Below are positions 28,901 to 38,714 of a stretch of 64,000 bases of DNA, in pieces. Under the pieces are notes generated by a model. That model was not told the DNA's origin. It did no database searches and saw only the letters and a list, made by a program, of their open reading frames with translations. A program made the position numbers and the translations under genes. Each line of letters opens with the position of its first letter. The stretch's first letter is position 1. Origin of the DNA: Bispira polyomma (taxonomy: Eukaryota); contig OZ287761.1 in assembly GCA_965649765.1 (NCBI GenBank), forward strand, positions 3,224,001 to 3,288,000. Direction: 5' to 3'.

Positions 28901-30418
28901 CTTCCTCCGTTTTTCCTCAGTATCCTCCACCTCATACCCCGCCCCAGGCTGCTGCATCCTGCCTCTGTACTGTACCTCAACGCTCTCCTTGTCACCACAG
29001 TAACGCCTCAGCGCCTCCGACACGTCCGTCCCAGGTGGCACCACCAGCTTCTCTTTGATCTTCACTCCGTACACCACTGCCTCGGGCGGCTCCCCGATCT
29101 GGGCCAGCTCAACCTCGTTAAGTTGGAAGAAGCGGATCTGCTGATAAACGACGGTGTCCTCGGGAAACAGGTGTCGGTTGTTCTTCACGAAGCCCTCCAG
29201 AGTGTCCATTGTCTCCTGCAGCTTCATCGTATTGCGAATCACCTTCTCGATATCGGCATCCGCCAGTTGCCTGTTGCCCGAGCCCTCCTGCGAGAACTTG
29301 GTGTAGATGGTTTTCTTCTGGCCAGATGGCAGCACCTGTACCTTGACGTCGTCCGCGCCGTAGTGGATGTTGCTGTTTAACAGTGAGCTGTAGTCAGACT
29401 TGTCATACTTCAGTGCGGCGTTACCACCAACGGTTGTCATGGCGATGCCTTTCTTTCTCAGACCACGGTAAGATCGCCTTGGAAGAGGCTCATAGTCATA
29501 GTAATCATCATCATTCAGAGCCTCCAAGTCGTTGTATCTAGAGAGGCTCTGCGACCTTTTGGCACTACCTCGACTGGCACGGTACCTCTGCTCGCTCTCG
29601 TCACACAACCTGGAGATACTGGTAGATCTGGTTCTAGAGGGCCTGAATAGAGGCTTCTTCTCTAAATCGTAAGGCCTCAGGCTCTCTGTGGTGGTAGTAG
29701 TAGTATAATGCGTCGGTAGCACCGCCGCCAATGCTCCTGCATGTCGAGTATCGAGGTAGTTCTCAGTGTTGACTCGCTTCACGATCTCGTTGACATTCTC
29801 ATCTTGAGATGAGAGCGTGCCATAGCCGCTGTACGTCTGTTCCAACTGATCCTGGAGGTCTCGCTTACGTTTCTGTCGCTCGTAGCTTTGGGCATAGTTC
29901 TCGGTCTTCTTCATTCTACTGCTGACCCTCGGAGAGGGTTCAAGGTCAAGGTAGCTGTCATCCATGTAGGTGTACCTCCTGCTTGTGGAGGAGGCAGAAG
30001 ACACTGGTGCCCCTGTCGTGGCGTAAGAGGAGGCCCTGTAGGAAGTCCTTGGTGCTTGGTATGGATAGCTAGCCTCCCTGTCCATGGACAGGGTGCGAGC
30101 ACTGCTGCTGGCGGCCCTGGTGTGACCCCTGGGACGACCTCTGCCCTCCCCATCCAGGTGAAGGGTGTGCGTGCCTTCGGTCGAGTGGTACATGACCCCA
30201 GCCTCCGAGGGGATGTAGATTGGCCCCGACTCGGCCACCACCCTCGCGCCACCGTTCATCTCTGCCACCCCTCCACCTTGAGAGGTATATCTACTGCTGG
30301 AGTAAGTACTGCTGCTGTCCCTCGTATTATAGGTCCTTTCCTTCTTCGGGGGAGTGGGATCGTAATTACCGTACTGGTATTTGCTTCGAAATTCCCGCTT
30401 GCGCTGGTTGTCCATCAT
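1410..30418 (-). CDS. Multi-exon titin/stretchin-like protein (3 I-set Ig domains, truncated 4th Ig, Glu-rich tail), about 2091 aa, 19 coding exons
   Basis: Exons (minus): 30418-28854, 27669-27533, 26766-26477, 19628-19505, 18723-18579, 17547-17372, 16359-16279, 15198-15085, 14382-14181, 13351-13266, 12098-11970, 10701-10606, 9957-9527, 9179-7907, 5767-5618, 4898-4615, 3835-3590, 3017-2769, 1907-1410. All introns are GT-AG with consistent phases, total 6276 nt. I-set motifs: P.F...EGQSARFSCTV..W.K, L.I..L..EDSAVY, DAGLYFCVAEN, DGDPKP.VTWLK, DAGRFILVAEN. Start codon inferred. Confidence 0.8.
2769..3017 (-). CDS. Ig-protein gene exon 18 (ESSSEEE repeats)
   Basis: Phase 0-0; GCG|GTGAGT donor. 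Confidence 0.75.
3590..3835 (-). CDS. Ig-protein gene exon 17
   Basis: TTTACACAG acceptor; GAG|GTCAGT donor; paralogous to exon 16. Confidence 0.75.
3811..4070. repeat. 43-bp tandem repeat spanning the exon 17 acceptor
   Basis: CTGGTAATA at 3811, 3854, 3897, 3940. Confidence 0.9.
4615..4898 (-). CDS. Ig-protein gene exon 16
   Basis: Phase 1 in, 0 out; GAG|GTAGGG donor. Confidence 0.75.
5618..5767 (-). CDS. Ig-protein gene exon 15
   Basis: CTTCTCTTTAG acceptor, T|GTTAGT donor, phase 1-1, DQPQDDQESEEVTIEVQP. Confidence 0.7.
7907..9179 (-). CDS. Ig-protein gene exon 14 (E/V/T/A-rich, includes 4x 14-aa repeat)
   Basis: Long open frame; acceptor TCTGTAG|GAG; donor GAAG|GTGAGA. Confidence 0.8.
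9182..9517 (+). mobile_element. 5'-truncated non-LTR retrotransposon (L1/Tx1-like 3' end) with 14-bp TSD
   Basis: AACTTTGACCTCCT at 9168-9181 and 9518-9531; remnant RCEDQVENVMHMFIECEQVK (C-terminal zinc-knuckle type); A-rich tail. Confidence 0.8.
9527..9957 (-). CDS. Ig-protein gene exon 13 (PEVK-like, E-rich)
   Basis: In phase with exon 12; ends at GAG|GTCAAA inside the LINE target-site duplication (weak donor). Confidence 0.7.
9961..10160 (-). mobile_element. tRNA-derived SINE family A (other copies near 4085-4280, 4303-4455, 6955-7120, 10780-10980, 14805-15045, 19745-20135, 33500-33710, 55345-55432)
   Basis: A box GGTGACCTAGTGG, B box GGTTTGAATCC, shared body ATGTGGGAAAGTTTGTCAGGTACTTGCC. 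Confidence 0.75.
10606..10701 (-). CDS. Ig-protein gene exon 12
   Basis: TCTCTAG acceptor, AAG|GTAAG donor, VVKDGDIRTVKVDKYGEVSVTSETEK. Confidence 0.7.
11545..12030. repeat. About 111-bp tandem repeat spanning the exon 11 donor
   Basis: CTT(A/G)CCTTTCCT at 11965, 11854, 11744, 11633. Confidence 0.9.
11970..12098 (-). CDS. Ig-protein gene exon 11 (N-terminal half of a 4th Ig)
   Basis: APRFVKKLPLEIEEKEGENLEVKCTV; donor AAG|GTAAG. Confidence 0.8.
12150..13105. mobile_element. Helentron/HINE-like element with about 4 internal 147-bp repeats
   Basis: Tandem TGACCTTGA...AAGGTCAA units at 12190-12770; subterminal hairpin GTATCCACCGGAGG-TACT-CCTCCGGTGGATAC near 13070-13100. Confidence 0.6.
13266..13351 (-). 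CDS. Ig-protein gene exon 10 (linker)
   Basis: TTTTTTAG acceptor, G|GTAAGT donor, phase 2 in and 1 out. Confidence 0.75.
14181..14382 (-). CDS. Ig-protein gene exon 9 (second half of Ig3)
   Basis: VTWLKEP...HFLEIKSTLKQDAGRFILVAENKAGRATCFCWVNV; donor GA|GTAAGT. Confidence 0.85.
14805..15045 (-). mobile_element. SINE family A, near full-length copy
   Basis: Same head, body and tail as 9961-10160. Confidence 0.7.
15085..15198 (-). CDS. Ig-protein gene exon 8 (first half of Ig3)
   Basis: APWFVKAMPTTLSVPEGDPLSLQCIVDGDPKPR. Confidence 0.85.
15131..15530. repeat. 105-bp tandem repeat x4 spanning the exon 8 acceptor
   Basis: TTCAATACCT at 15191, 15296, 15401, 15506. Confidence 0.9.
16279..16359 (-). 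CDS. Ig-protein gene exon 7 (81-nt symmetric linker exon)
   Basis: TATTTCAG acceptor, CAG|GTAAGA donor, open in frame (GTSEGTVPPVKAISTDTSPVIVKFDTP). Confidence 0.7.
16690..17030. repeat. Degenerate 11-bp microrepeat (GGTCACACTGA)
   Basis: Visible short-period repeat. Confidence 0.7.
17372..17547 (-). CDS. Ig-protein gene exon 6 (second half of Ig2)
   Basis: CKLVINQVEPGDAGLYFCVAENCEGKTKSTATLRV; phase 2 in, 1 out. Confidence 0.88.
17498..17812. repeat. 89-bp tandem repeat x3.5 spanning the exon 6 acceptor
   Basis: TCTCAGCCTG at 17541, 17630, 17719. Confidence 0.9.
18579..18723 (-). CDS. Ig-protein gene exon 5 (first half of Ig2)
   Basis: APSFTLEPSNTSAQLGQKATFEAQVSARPMPTFRW; donor TG|GTAAG. 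Confidence 0.85.
19505..19628 (-). CDS. Ig-protein gene exon 4 (second half of Ig1)
   Basis: LALEILNLKKEDSAVYTAKIINTEGEATTSATLEV; phase 0 in, 1 out. Confidence 0.85.
22597..22800 (+). mobile_element. SINE family A copy in plus orientation
   Basis: GGGGTCGCGGTGGCCCATTGGT head, GAATCCTG B-box remnant, same body. Confidence 0.65.
23050..23250. mobile_element. Tc1/mariner-type MITE, about 200 bp (more than 15 copies, e.g. 2284-2452, 21952-22145, 25372-25550, 37014-37213, 42800-42988, 56560-56742)
   Basis: TIR CAGTAGAACCTCTATTATCTGAAC flanked by TA. Confidence 0.8.
26477..26766 (-). CDS. Ig-protein gene exon 3 (first half of Ig1)
   Basis: RPQFSNPMRSRRALEGQSARFSCTV...VIWMKG; donor TTT|GTGAGT. 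Confidence 0.85.
27533..27669 (-). CDS. Ig-protein gene exon 2 (RDMSYLLGQNGF...AIYLKG)
   Basis: TTTCAG acceptor, G|GTCAGT donor, phase 2 in and 1 out. Confidence 0.75.
28560..28800. repeat. 50-bp minisatellite x5
   Basis: ACTACTTT at 28581, 28631, 28681, 28731, 28781. Confidence 0.9.
28854..30418 (-). CDS. Ig-protein gene, first coding exon (S/Y/R-rich region plus an unrecognised ordered segment)
   Basis: Long GC-richer ORF; acceptor TTTCAG before 30467; AAAATGATG start at 30418; donor AG|GTAAAC, phase 2. Confidence 0.75.
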
Positions 30419-31809
30419 TTTGGACCAGCTCTGAGGTGAAGAATCGACACTTCTGGAAGGCACTGTTCTGAAATAGCCCACACACAGTGTCTCTTCTTTT
30501 TGAAAATTTATTGGAAGGGATTGTAAAAATTCTGTTTTACTAAAATACATACAGGGGGGGATAGCGATTCGTGGTGGACAGCGTTCACCATAAATATGGT
30601 TATTACACCTAATCACTGTATAAAATTAATTTTAAAGGAATTATTTTTCCATTATAATATTCATATAACATACACATGCCTATGCCACAAATATATATTT
30701 TCTGCCAAAATAAATTTTAAATGAATTTAACATACCAACACAACAAAATAAACAGTGGTACTGCTTAAAATGTGAGGTTGAGGATGAGACTGTCGTTCAG
30801 ATGATTTATTGGACTGTATTGCTGATTGTTTTCTATTTCTCATATTATGCATCATGTAGATAAACTACTTTACATCATCACTATTATTTTGAATAAAGCT
30901 TATAAGTAATATTTTAATGCAAATATTTACCATTGCTTGAAAATGGCGAAATACTGTCGACTTTGTAATCAATTTTTACCCAGTCCCTTTGGTTACTAAA
31001 TTGTGGTTAAAACTCGTCACAAATACCTTCATGTAACTGGGTACAAGTCTAATATGCATGCAATAAAAGGACCTTCAAAAATTACCAGTGAGTTGCCTTA
31101 ATATTATTTCCTTTTTCTTACATTTGTCAAATTTCCGTGAATAATGGGCGAACCGCTGCCCCTCCCCTCCCCTCCCCCCTGTATTGTATTTTGTTAGAGT
31201 GAGATTAGAGTAGATCAGTTGAGCCTAACTATAATGGTCTATTTTATTCAGTTAGATATAACACAGAAGACTATGTCATATATTAGTTACGTATATGATG
31301 TATTTGTGTTGAGGTTGTAATAAAACTGGGGCCATATTCTGCAAACCACTAAAGCTCAACTCACACTCAACTCAAATCTAAAGTGCACCTATATAGCTCT
31401 TTATTCTAAAATAACTGCTAAGGAAACACATCAGGGGCAGTATTCACAAAGATTCTTCTTCTTAGAGTTACTCTTATTCTTGGAATTACTCTTCTTTAAA
31501 TAATTCTTTTTTGTACATTTGGTGGTTTCTTGATCTGAAAGATTTTTTTTAAGAATTAAACCCAACAATGGTGCCAATTGTTGTTCCATTCTTAGATTTT
31601 AGCCTCATTTTAAATTTTTTTTCTTAAAAAAAGTAAAAAAATATGAAAAAAAAAAAATTTGAAAAATGTTATTCTTAGAATATTCTTAGTCAAAGAAAAA
31701 TTCTAAAAAAATTAAGAATAACTGTGCAATTCTAAGAATAAGAATCTTTGTGAATACAGCCCCTGGCGAGAATAAACCTAGGTACAGTAGGATTATATAT
31801 TTGAATATA

Positions 31810-32133
31810 GATCCCCGTGGTCTAGTGGTTAAGGTGTTGGTGTGATGATCAGAAGGTCCCCGGTTCTATCCCCAGTCCTGGCTGCTACTTTCATTTGGTG
31901 GGATAACATCCTTTGGCAAGATGTGAACACAAGTTTGCCTAGTGGCTCGGATGACCACTTAATATGGCGGTCCTCTGTCATTGAGTAATATCTCCAGTGG
32001 GAGATTAAAGATACTTGGGGACATTGATAAATGATCATCCTCAAGCACCTCGGCGCCCACAGTGTAGCCCATGAGGAAGCAATTTAAACTATAATATATA
32101 AAGCGCTATACAAATGTTGTATAATAATAATAT
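31810..32133 (+). mobile_element. tRNA-derived SINE with CORE-like block and L2/CR1-like tail
   Basis: A box GTGGTCTAGTGG, B box GGTTCTATCCC, TCCTTTGGCAAGA block, tail AGCGCTATACAAATG...ATAATAATAAT. Confidence 0.65.
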
Positions 32134-35100
32134 TCAGTGCTGCAGGCGAGTTGAGGCTCACACCTCCTCTGCCAAAGGGGAAACAGTGAAAAGTAAAATG
32201 AGATTGCATTGACCCTTTCATTCTTCTTTGACCCCATCCCTAGCTCTACCAAATGTCACGTCAATAAATTCAATAGTTTGGTGTACTCCTGGTGATAAAC
32301 AAACAAACCAATGGACAGAGGCAAAAACATAACCTCCTTAATAGATATTATGATTACATTGTAGTAGAATATTATTTCTTTGATAAACTAAAAATAGTAC
32401 TCGGGTGGACAGCTTAGTGGACAGTAACTTTAACTATAAAATTTGTTACATTTAACAAGTAGTCTGTAAAATACAAAGAACCTATAACAGTAATTTTATT
32501 TTAATACAGACTTTGCATCGAAAACAGGTCAGATTACTTAAATTAATAAAATATTTATATTTAAGGTGACTGTCCGCTATGGCTGTCGCGTCCGCTAAGC
32601 TGTCCCCCCCCTGTATATAAACTATTCCAAACTTGACTGATTAATCCAAGGTATATTTATATGTAAAGCACAGATTAATTGCATACAAATAAAAATAACC
32701 AACCTTGTTCAGTGACCACACTTGTACATGCTTTAGCCTGATAAAGAAAACAGCTTATTATGCAATCCAGAGGGGTTAGTAATTATGTTAACACAATCTA
32801 TCCAGCAACAATCGCATTAGCTATCCAGTGGTTCAAACCAGAAATTCTCCTCTTTTTTTTTTTTTGGCAAAACCCAAAGATGGCGATCTTTTCTAAACTC
32901 GAGGTATCCCAAATCGCTCGTCACACTTTATGTAATATAATGCCTATATTATATAATTACTAACACAATACAATTGATCTTTTGACACACATGTACATTT
33001 CTACTAAAACGAACGAAAAAAAAACCACAACCCAACAAGCAAGCTGGTAGCAGCCAGAAGGATTAGGATGCACAGAGAAGTAGAAAGAAAGGTGTGTGTA
33101 GGGAGCAGAGTGTATTGGGAGAATTACAAGCAACAACAGTAACTTGTGAGATATCAGTCAATTCCTTGCTCCAGCAAAGGCCAAGCCAAAACAAAGAGAA
33201 CGCTGCTTATAATAACTGATAAACTCCAGCATAAATACCAATATTTTAACAGAAGATTATTTGTAATAAGGCAAAAAAAAAAGTGTGATGACACAGCGTT
33301 TCTTTACAGTGGTATCTCGGTTATCCAAAAATACTGGGAGAGGTAAATCTTGTTTGGATAATAGAATGTTCATTAAATAGAAGAGGCATCAGAGGCACTT
33401 TGTATCAGGAAATAAATTAGTAGATTACTTGTCAGGTACAATGGAACATCTGCACAAATACTGAGAGAGGGAATTTACGTCACTTTCAATAGCTGAGGTC
33501 GCATCACGACGGTCAGATATAATGGTGCCACAACAGCCAAATTCAATGGTGGAAGAAACCAGTGCTGAAGCCACTGTGTAAACCACTGACCTACAGCTAG
33601 TACCTGATAACCTTTCCCACATGAAGGAAACAAACAGGATTCAAACCCACATTAGTGAGAAGTTGGTGATTGTGAAGTGGGCACTTCTAACCAATAGGCT
33701 ATCATGGCCGCAGAAAAGACATCAGAGGGGCATTCTGTATAAGGAAAATTAGTTTCAATACAATGGAACCCCGATTATCTGAACATACAGGGAGAGGGAG
33801 ATCTTATCTGGATTATAGAATGTTCATAAAAATAGAAGAAGGCTTTCTGTATAAAACAAACAGGAAAAACATTTGTGAAAATAGAATTGAGTTCACAAAG
33901 TTAAATTTTCGGATAAGGCTAATTTGAGAAAATAAAGACTCTATTGTATATACATGTAGCTTTTTACGTTGGTTTGCAAGAACTGTACCCCCTCTAGCTT
34001 GTTCATAAAATAGACTCCACTGTGTTGTACTTATTCATATTTAAAAATGTACAGCATTTGCACTCTTCTCTAACCAGATAAGTACCATTGTTTGGCCTTA
34101 GCTTTCCACCTAGTAGCTTTACTCTTAGAGTAGCAGGGAATGCCTCAGTAAGAACCCATTTACTCCAAAACCTTCGACCCCTATACCTACGTGTGTGTGT
34201 GTGTGTGTGTGTAAACCTAACTTAATCAATCCACTTCTCAGGTTTTTTAAATTAAAAATGCTTTTGGACGTTTAATTGAGGAATGCTGTCAGATTTCACT
34301 GCAGCGCTAACATATATAACCATGACCTTAGTAACAGTCTTATACTAACCTTAAAACTCTTCAGCATTTATAATTTGAAAATTAAGGAAGTAAAGTAAGT
34401 GAGCAGAGCGGTTCTTAGTCTTAGAAGGGACTAAGTTAATGGGCCATTATTACAACTGAATTACATGTAGGGTAAATAAAAACTCGGCCAGTTATAGAAC
34501 TACAAAAAATGTATATACAGTAGAACCACTATTATCCAAACTTCCATTATCAAAAAATTCAGTTTCATGAACTCCTTTTTACTTGCCTAAACTTAAGTCT
34601 TCCAATAGTGTTGTACTCAAAAGCCTCTTTTATTTTATGAAAATTCTATTATACGAACAAAAGCTTGCTTACTCTCTCTCAACATGTTCGGATAATTTAG
34701 CTTGAGGAAAACACCTATACTTAAGCAGCATTTCCACTTAATATGGTAGATGTTTAAAGAAAACGCCTCTGTGGGACTACATATTTTTCTCCGCATAAAA
34801 GGGAATTTGACTTAACAGAGTTCTACTTAAAGGGGTTTGACTGTATTTTATAGGAATAAGTTTATTACACTCCATTGCTACTATAGTAGTGAAATGGATT
34901 GCTTGAAAGAATGTTGTAGTCTAGACTTTTCTTTGCTTATCAAGCATCACTGCCCACTGATTACACAGTAAAAAAAAATATATACATACAGACATAAAAG
35001 AAATTATATAAACCCTTGAAACACTAGCAAAGAAGCCGATTTAATCAGTGACTAAACAGCATATTTTTTTTGCAATGAAAGGTTTGAAGCTTTGGGAGGA

Positions 35101-36882
35101 AAAAAGCTGTGTATGAGTAAGTTCTTTTTTTTTTTTTTAATTGAGGTTCCTACTGTGAAATACAGGTATGGACTCCAACTACTCAAAAATAACTACAGAA
35201 ACATTTGGAAACTGGGAATTGCATCTTATATTTCTTGGTATACAACTGTAGGAAACGGCGACACATCTCTGGCTGTATGTATATCGTTATATATATATAT
35301 ATAACCCCTTTACTGCTGATGGAGAGTAATTCCACTATACCGAGGGAAAATACTTAATTGACTCACTTTGATGACATCACAAATGACGTTTTTGCAATGA
35401 CTGATTACATCACAAATGAAACAATAATTTTTTTCTTTATTGCGTCAAATGCAGTGTTCCAAATCGATTATGTTACTATGCGCTGAGGGGTCTATACCAT
35501 ACGATGGACAAGGCTGTACACACATAATATTAACTCAAGCTACTCAAAAGTAACCACTATGTTCTTGATCGAGTTGTACAATATTTCTCACATAAACAGT
35601 GAGAAACAGTAAAGTATGTAGGACTGTATCTACATATGGTGTAATACTAAAAGTACAGAACACTGTCCATTATCCAAACAAGTATCAAAATTTTGTTCAG
35701 ATAACTGAATTATGGTACAAATATACAAAGGGTTTGTCGTACAAAATATTAGTCCACCAGGGATACAAACTAAATTTAGATAAGAACTTTGGGAGTGTAG
35801 AAATATATTTCATGAAATTGAACATTCATACAGTGGCACCTCTATATTATCTGAACATGTTGAGACAGCAGCATTTTGTTTGGATATTAGAAAAACAGAA
35901 CAGAGATTTCAGTATAATACACATGAAAAACACGAATTTAGATATGTGAAAATGAGTTCTTAAAATCAAATATTCCTATTTCATGAACTCATTTTCAGAA
36001 TAATAAAAGTTTGCATAATAAAGGTTCCACCATAGTTGATTTTATACAGTCATCGACTCATTTTAAATCCACTATTTTTTTTTTAATATCACAATCTATA
36101 CCTTTACTTAAGAGGAGATATTTAGGCACCAAAACGATCAACATGATAAATAGGCACCAAATTATAGCTACACATATGTACATATACCTTTGTTGTGAGA
36201 ATCTATGTAGGCTTTTCAACACAATTTGTAGGCTCCAGTCAAGACTGGTTGTTTACAGATTGTGTGTTTACACAGTTTTCCCCAATACCTACACAGCAGT
36301 GGGAGGGGGGAGGAGGGGAGTTTGAGCAAGAGTTTCTTACAAGAATATGGACCCTCAGTTTCTTTCTGCAAGCTACACTAACTATCAACTCTATTTTTAG
36401 CACCAAGATTCCCAGATATCAAGAAATCTATACTAAAGGGACAGATTGAAGTATGAAAGTATTTTTTTTCCAATTAACTTATCACAATATGGTTATGTAT
36501 AAAAAATGCTTAGAGTGAGGTGTTGCCAGTATGGTTACATTTTAGGTTTAAGCTGAACTATTTTTTTCAAGGAGCATCAGGCACATCACTATGTTTATTT
36601 TGGTACTCCCTTATGATTGGCTCAACATGTTTATGATCTGTTTGTTTCCAAGGCAACCCATGCAAGGGCACACCAACCAAGAAGTTTGGTTTTGCTTTCC
36701 AAGAATAAATATACATTATGAGGCATACACATATAAAGAGGAGAGAATTAAAAAAAAAAAATCTTATGGGACCATGCCGTCTAATAAAAAAAACACTCAG
36801 CAGAGGTCCCATAAAAGTCCAAAAACATTAAACAGCAAGTTAATTTACATTTGTTTCTCCTCACAGACACAGTCATTGTATA

Positions 36883-36997
36883 CCTGGGGCCGTATTCACG
36901 AAGGGACTTAGCCCAGTCTTAGGCTTAAATCAGTATACTTTTGTGCTAGATTTAAGCCTAAGCCCTGGCTAAGTCCCTTCGTGAATACGGCCCCAGG
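36883..36997. mobile_element. Palindromic MITE, PIF/Harbinger-like ends (also 61397-61508, 20162-20285; longer forms 2463-2715, 31432-31766, 57190-57365)
   Basis: TIR GGGCCGTATTCAC, near-perfect fold-back, CWG flanks. Confidence 0.75.
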
Positions 36998-37834
36998 ACA
37001 TTTTTATGCCTATTACAGGTGAAACCTCTATTATCTGAACATGTTGGGAGAACAAGATTTAGTTCAGATAATAGAAGATTCATAAAATCGAAGACATAAA
37101 TTTGAAAGAATTTTTTATTTTGGAACATAAATTTAGAAGAGTCAAAACTGATTTTTTTTAAAAACCGAATAATTCAGTCCAATAGAAGTTCAGATAACAG
37201 AGGTTCTACTGTACTTGAAAAAAATGGTTGTTAAACACTTCTTGGGCCATATGTTGATAACAATTTGTCCTACATGGACAAAAAGGCAGGACCAATACAG
37301 GGTGTACGTTTCACAAAAGGTATTAGCCTGGGCTTTGGCTTAAAATTAAGAATTAACAAACCGCCAAGACTTTTCAAGTTTTGTCTTAGACTTACTAGTA
37401 TTCACAAAGAATTTAAGATATGTTTTAGACTTAGTCAAGGGCTTAATTTTAAGACAGATCAATTTAATACCCAAGTATAGGCCCCCTCCAACTTTCACGA
37501 CCTTGGCTTTTAGGACGATCTGGGTGACCTACAATTTTCACTGGTTGTACTCCATTTAAGTTTGACCACAACAATGTCCCCATGCGTTCTCAACTCAAAT
37601 ACTGCTCGTTCTGTCTGACACCAGTCCATTCTTTTTTTTGTAGGTATTGTGTTGTATTAAAATGTTTACTCCACAGATTTATCTATCTTTATCTGGTATT
37701 CAAAGTGATAATAAACATTTTTTTGACTGTCCAACTTCAGCCAACCAGCACAAGTAACTGTGATTCTAGAAGTGATAAATAAGAGAGGCTCGAGGATGAG
37801 GACCCCGTATATCAATGTCCCCCATGTTCTTTAA

Positions 37835-38714
37835 GGCTTTAGTAACGTAAACACAAAAAAACGATCGCCGCTAAACCACGTTATGTGTGTTTGAGCTTCT
37901 CAGAAACTGCACAACCTTTTTGGGGTGGCCTTGAACTCGATTTATGGATAACATATTTACATTTGCATGAGTAGAAATAATAAAGAATGACATATATTTT
38001 AATTAGATACTAATTCATATATTTTACGTGTTATTTTAATAGGCATCTTGAGACATACACTGCATATAGCAGTGTGAAAAAAAGGTAACTAAAATGGGTA
38101 ATATTTTCAAAGTACATGCTTTACAAACGTGACACAATTCACATACCAAGAAAGAATCAATACTGAAGTATTGTGTATGACTAGCAAAAGGAAAACATCA
38201 GCATTATTTTGAATGAATTTGTTTTTCAATAAAATCACAAAAAACAGGGATAATTTTAGAAAAACATTAAAGTTACACTCTTTTAAACAAAAAGATGTTT
38301 GTATTCTTCATTTTTATAAAATAAGGAAACATATTGAAAAATGTAAATCATTGAAAATAATATACATGTTCTCTAAAGTCGTGTAGACTATATAATGTCT
38401 GCATATGTGTAGGATCAATACTCGTATTGTGTCACAACAGACAGGGCTCTCTGCGAGAATTGTTTACAAATATGACGTTCTACCATAGATTTCAAATTAT
38501 GTGATGTCACAATACAAGATTCGTTATACTATTCTTTTAGTAATTTTTCAATGAAATATTGAAGTATTAAAGTATTTCTGCATATAAAAATGGTTAATAT
38601 TGCTATTAAACTATCATTTTAAGTCAGGCAAAGTGAGTATATAGGCTAAAATAAAATTTAGTAAACGCAACATAATATCTCGGCAGCGCATTTATGGTTT
38701 ACGTTACTAACACC
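37835..38714. mobile_element. Non-autonomous TTAA-targeting DNA transposon (Kolobok-like)
   Basis: TTAA|GGCTTTAGTAACGTAAAC ... GTTTACGTTACTAACACC|TTAA. Confidence 0.65.

Noticed and set aside
1410-30418. Naming the gene titin, twitchin, unc-89 or MLCK
   Set aside because: No kinase, FnIII or RhoGEF domain seen; orthology cannot be assigned without a search.
30468-30616. N-terminal extension of the 588-aa ORF
   Set aside because: Upstream of a TTTCAG acceptor and AT-rich; likely intron.
31810-31885. tRNA gene
   Set aside because: A and B boxes are present but there is no clean cloverleaf, and it continues into a SINE body and tail.
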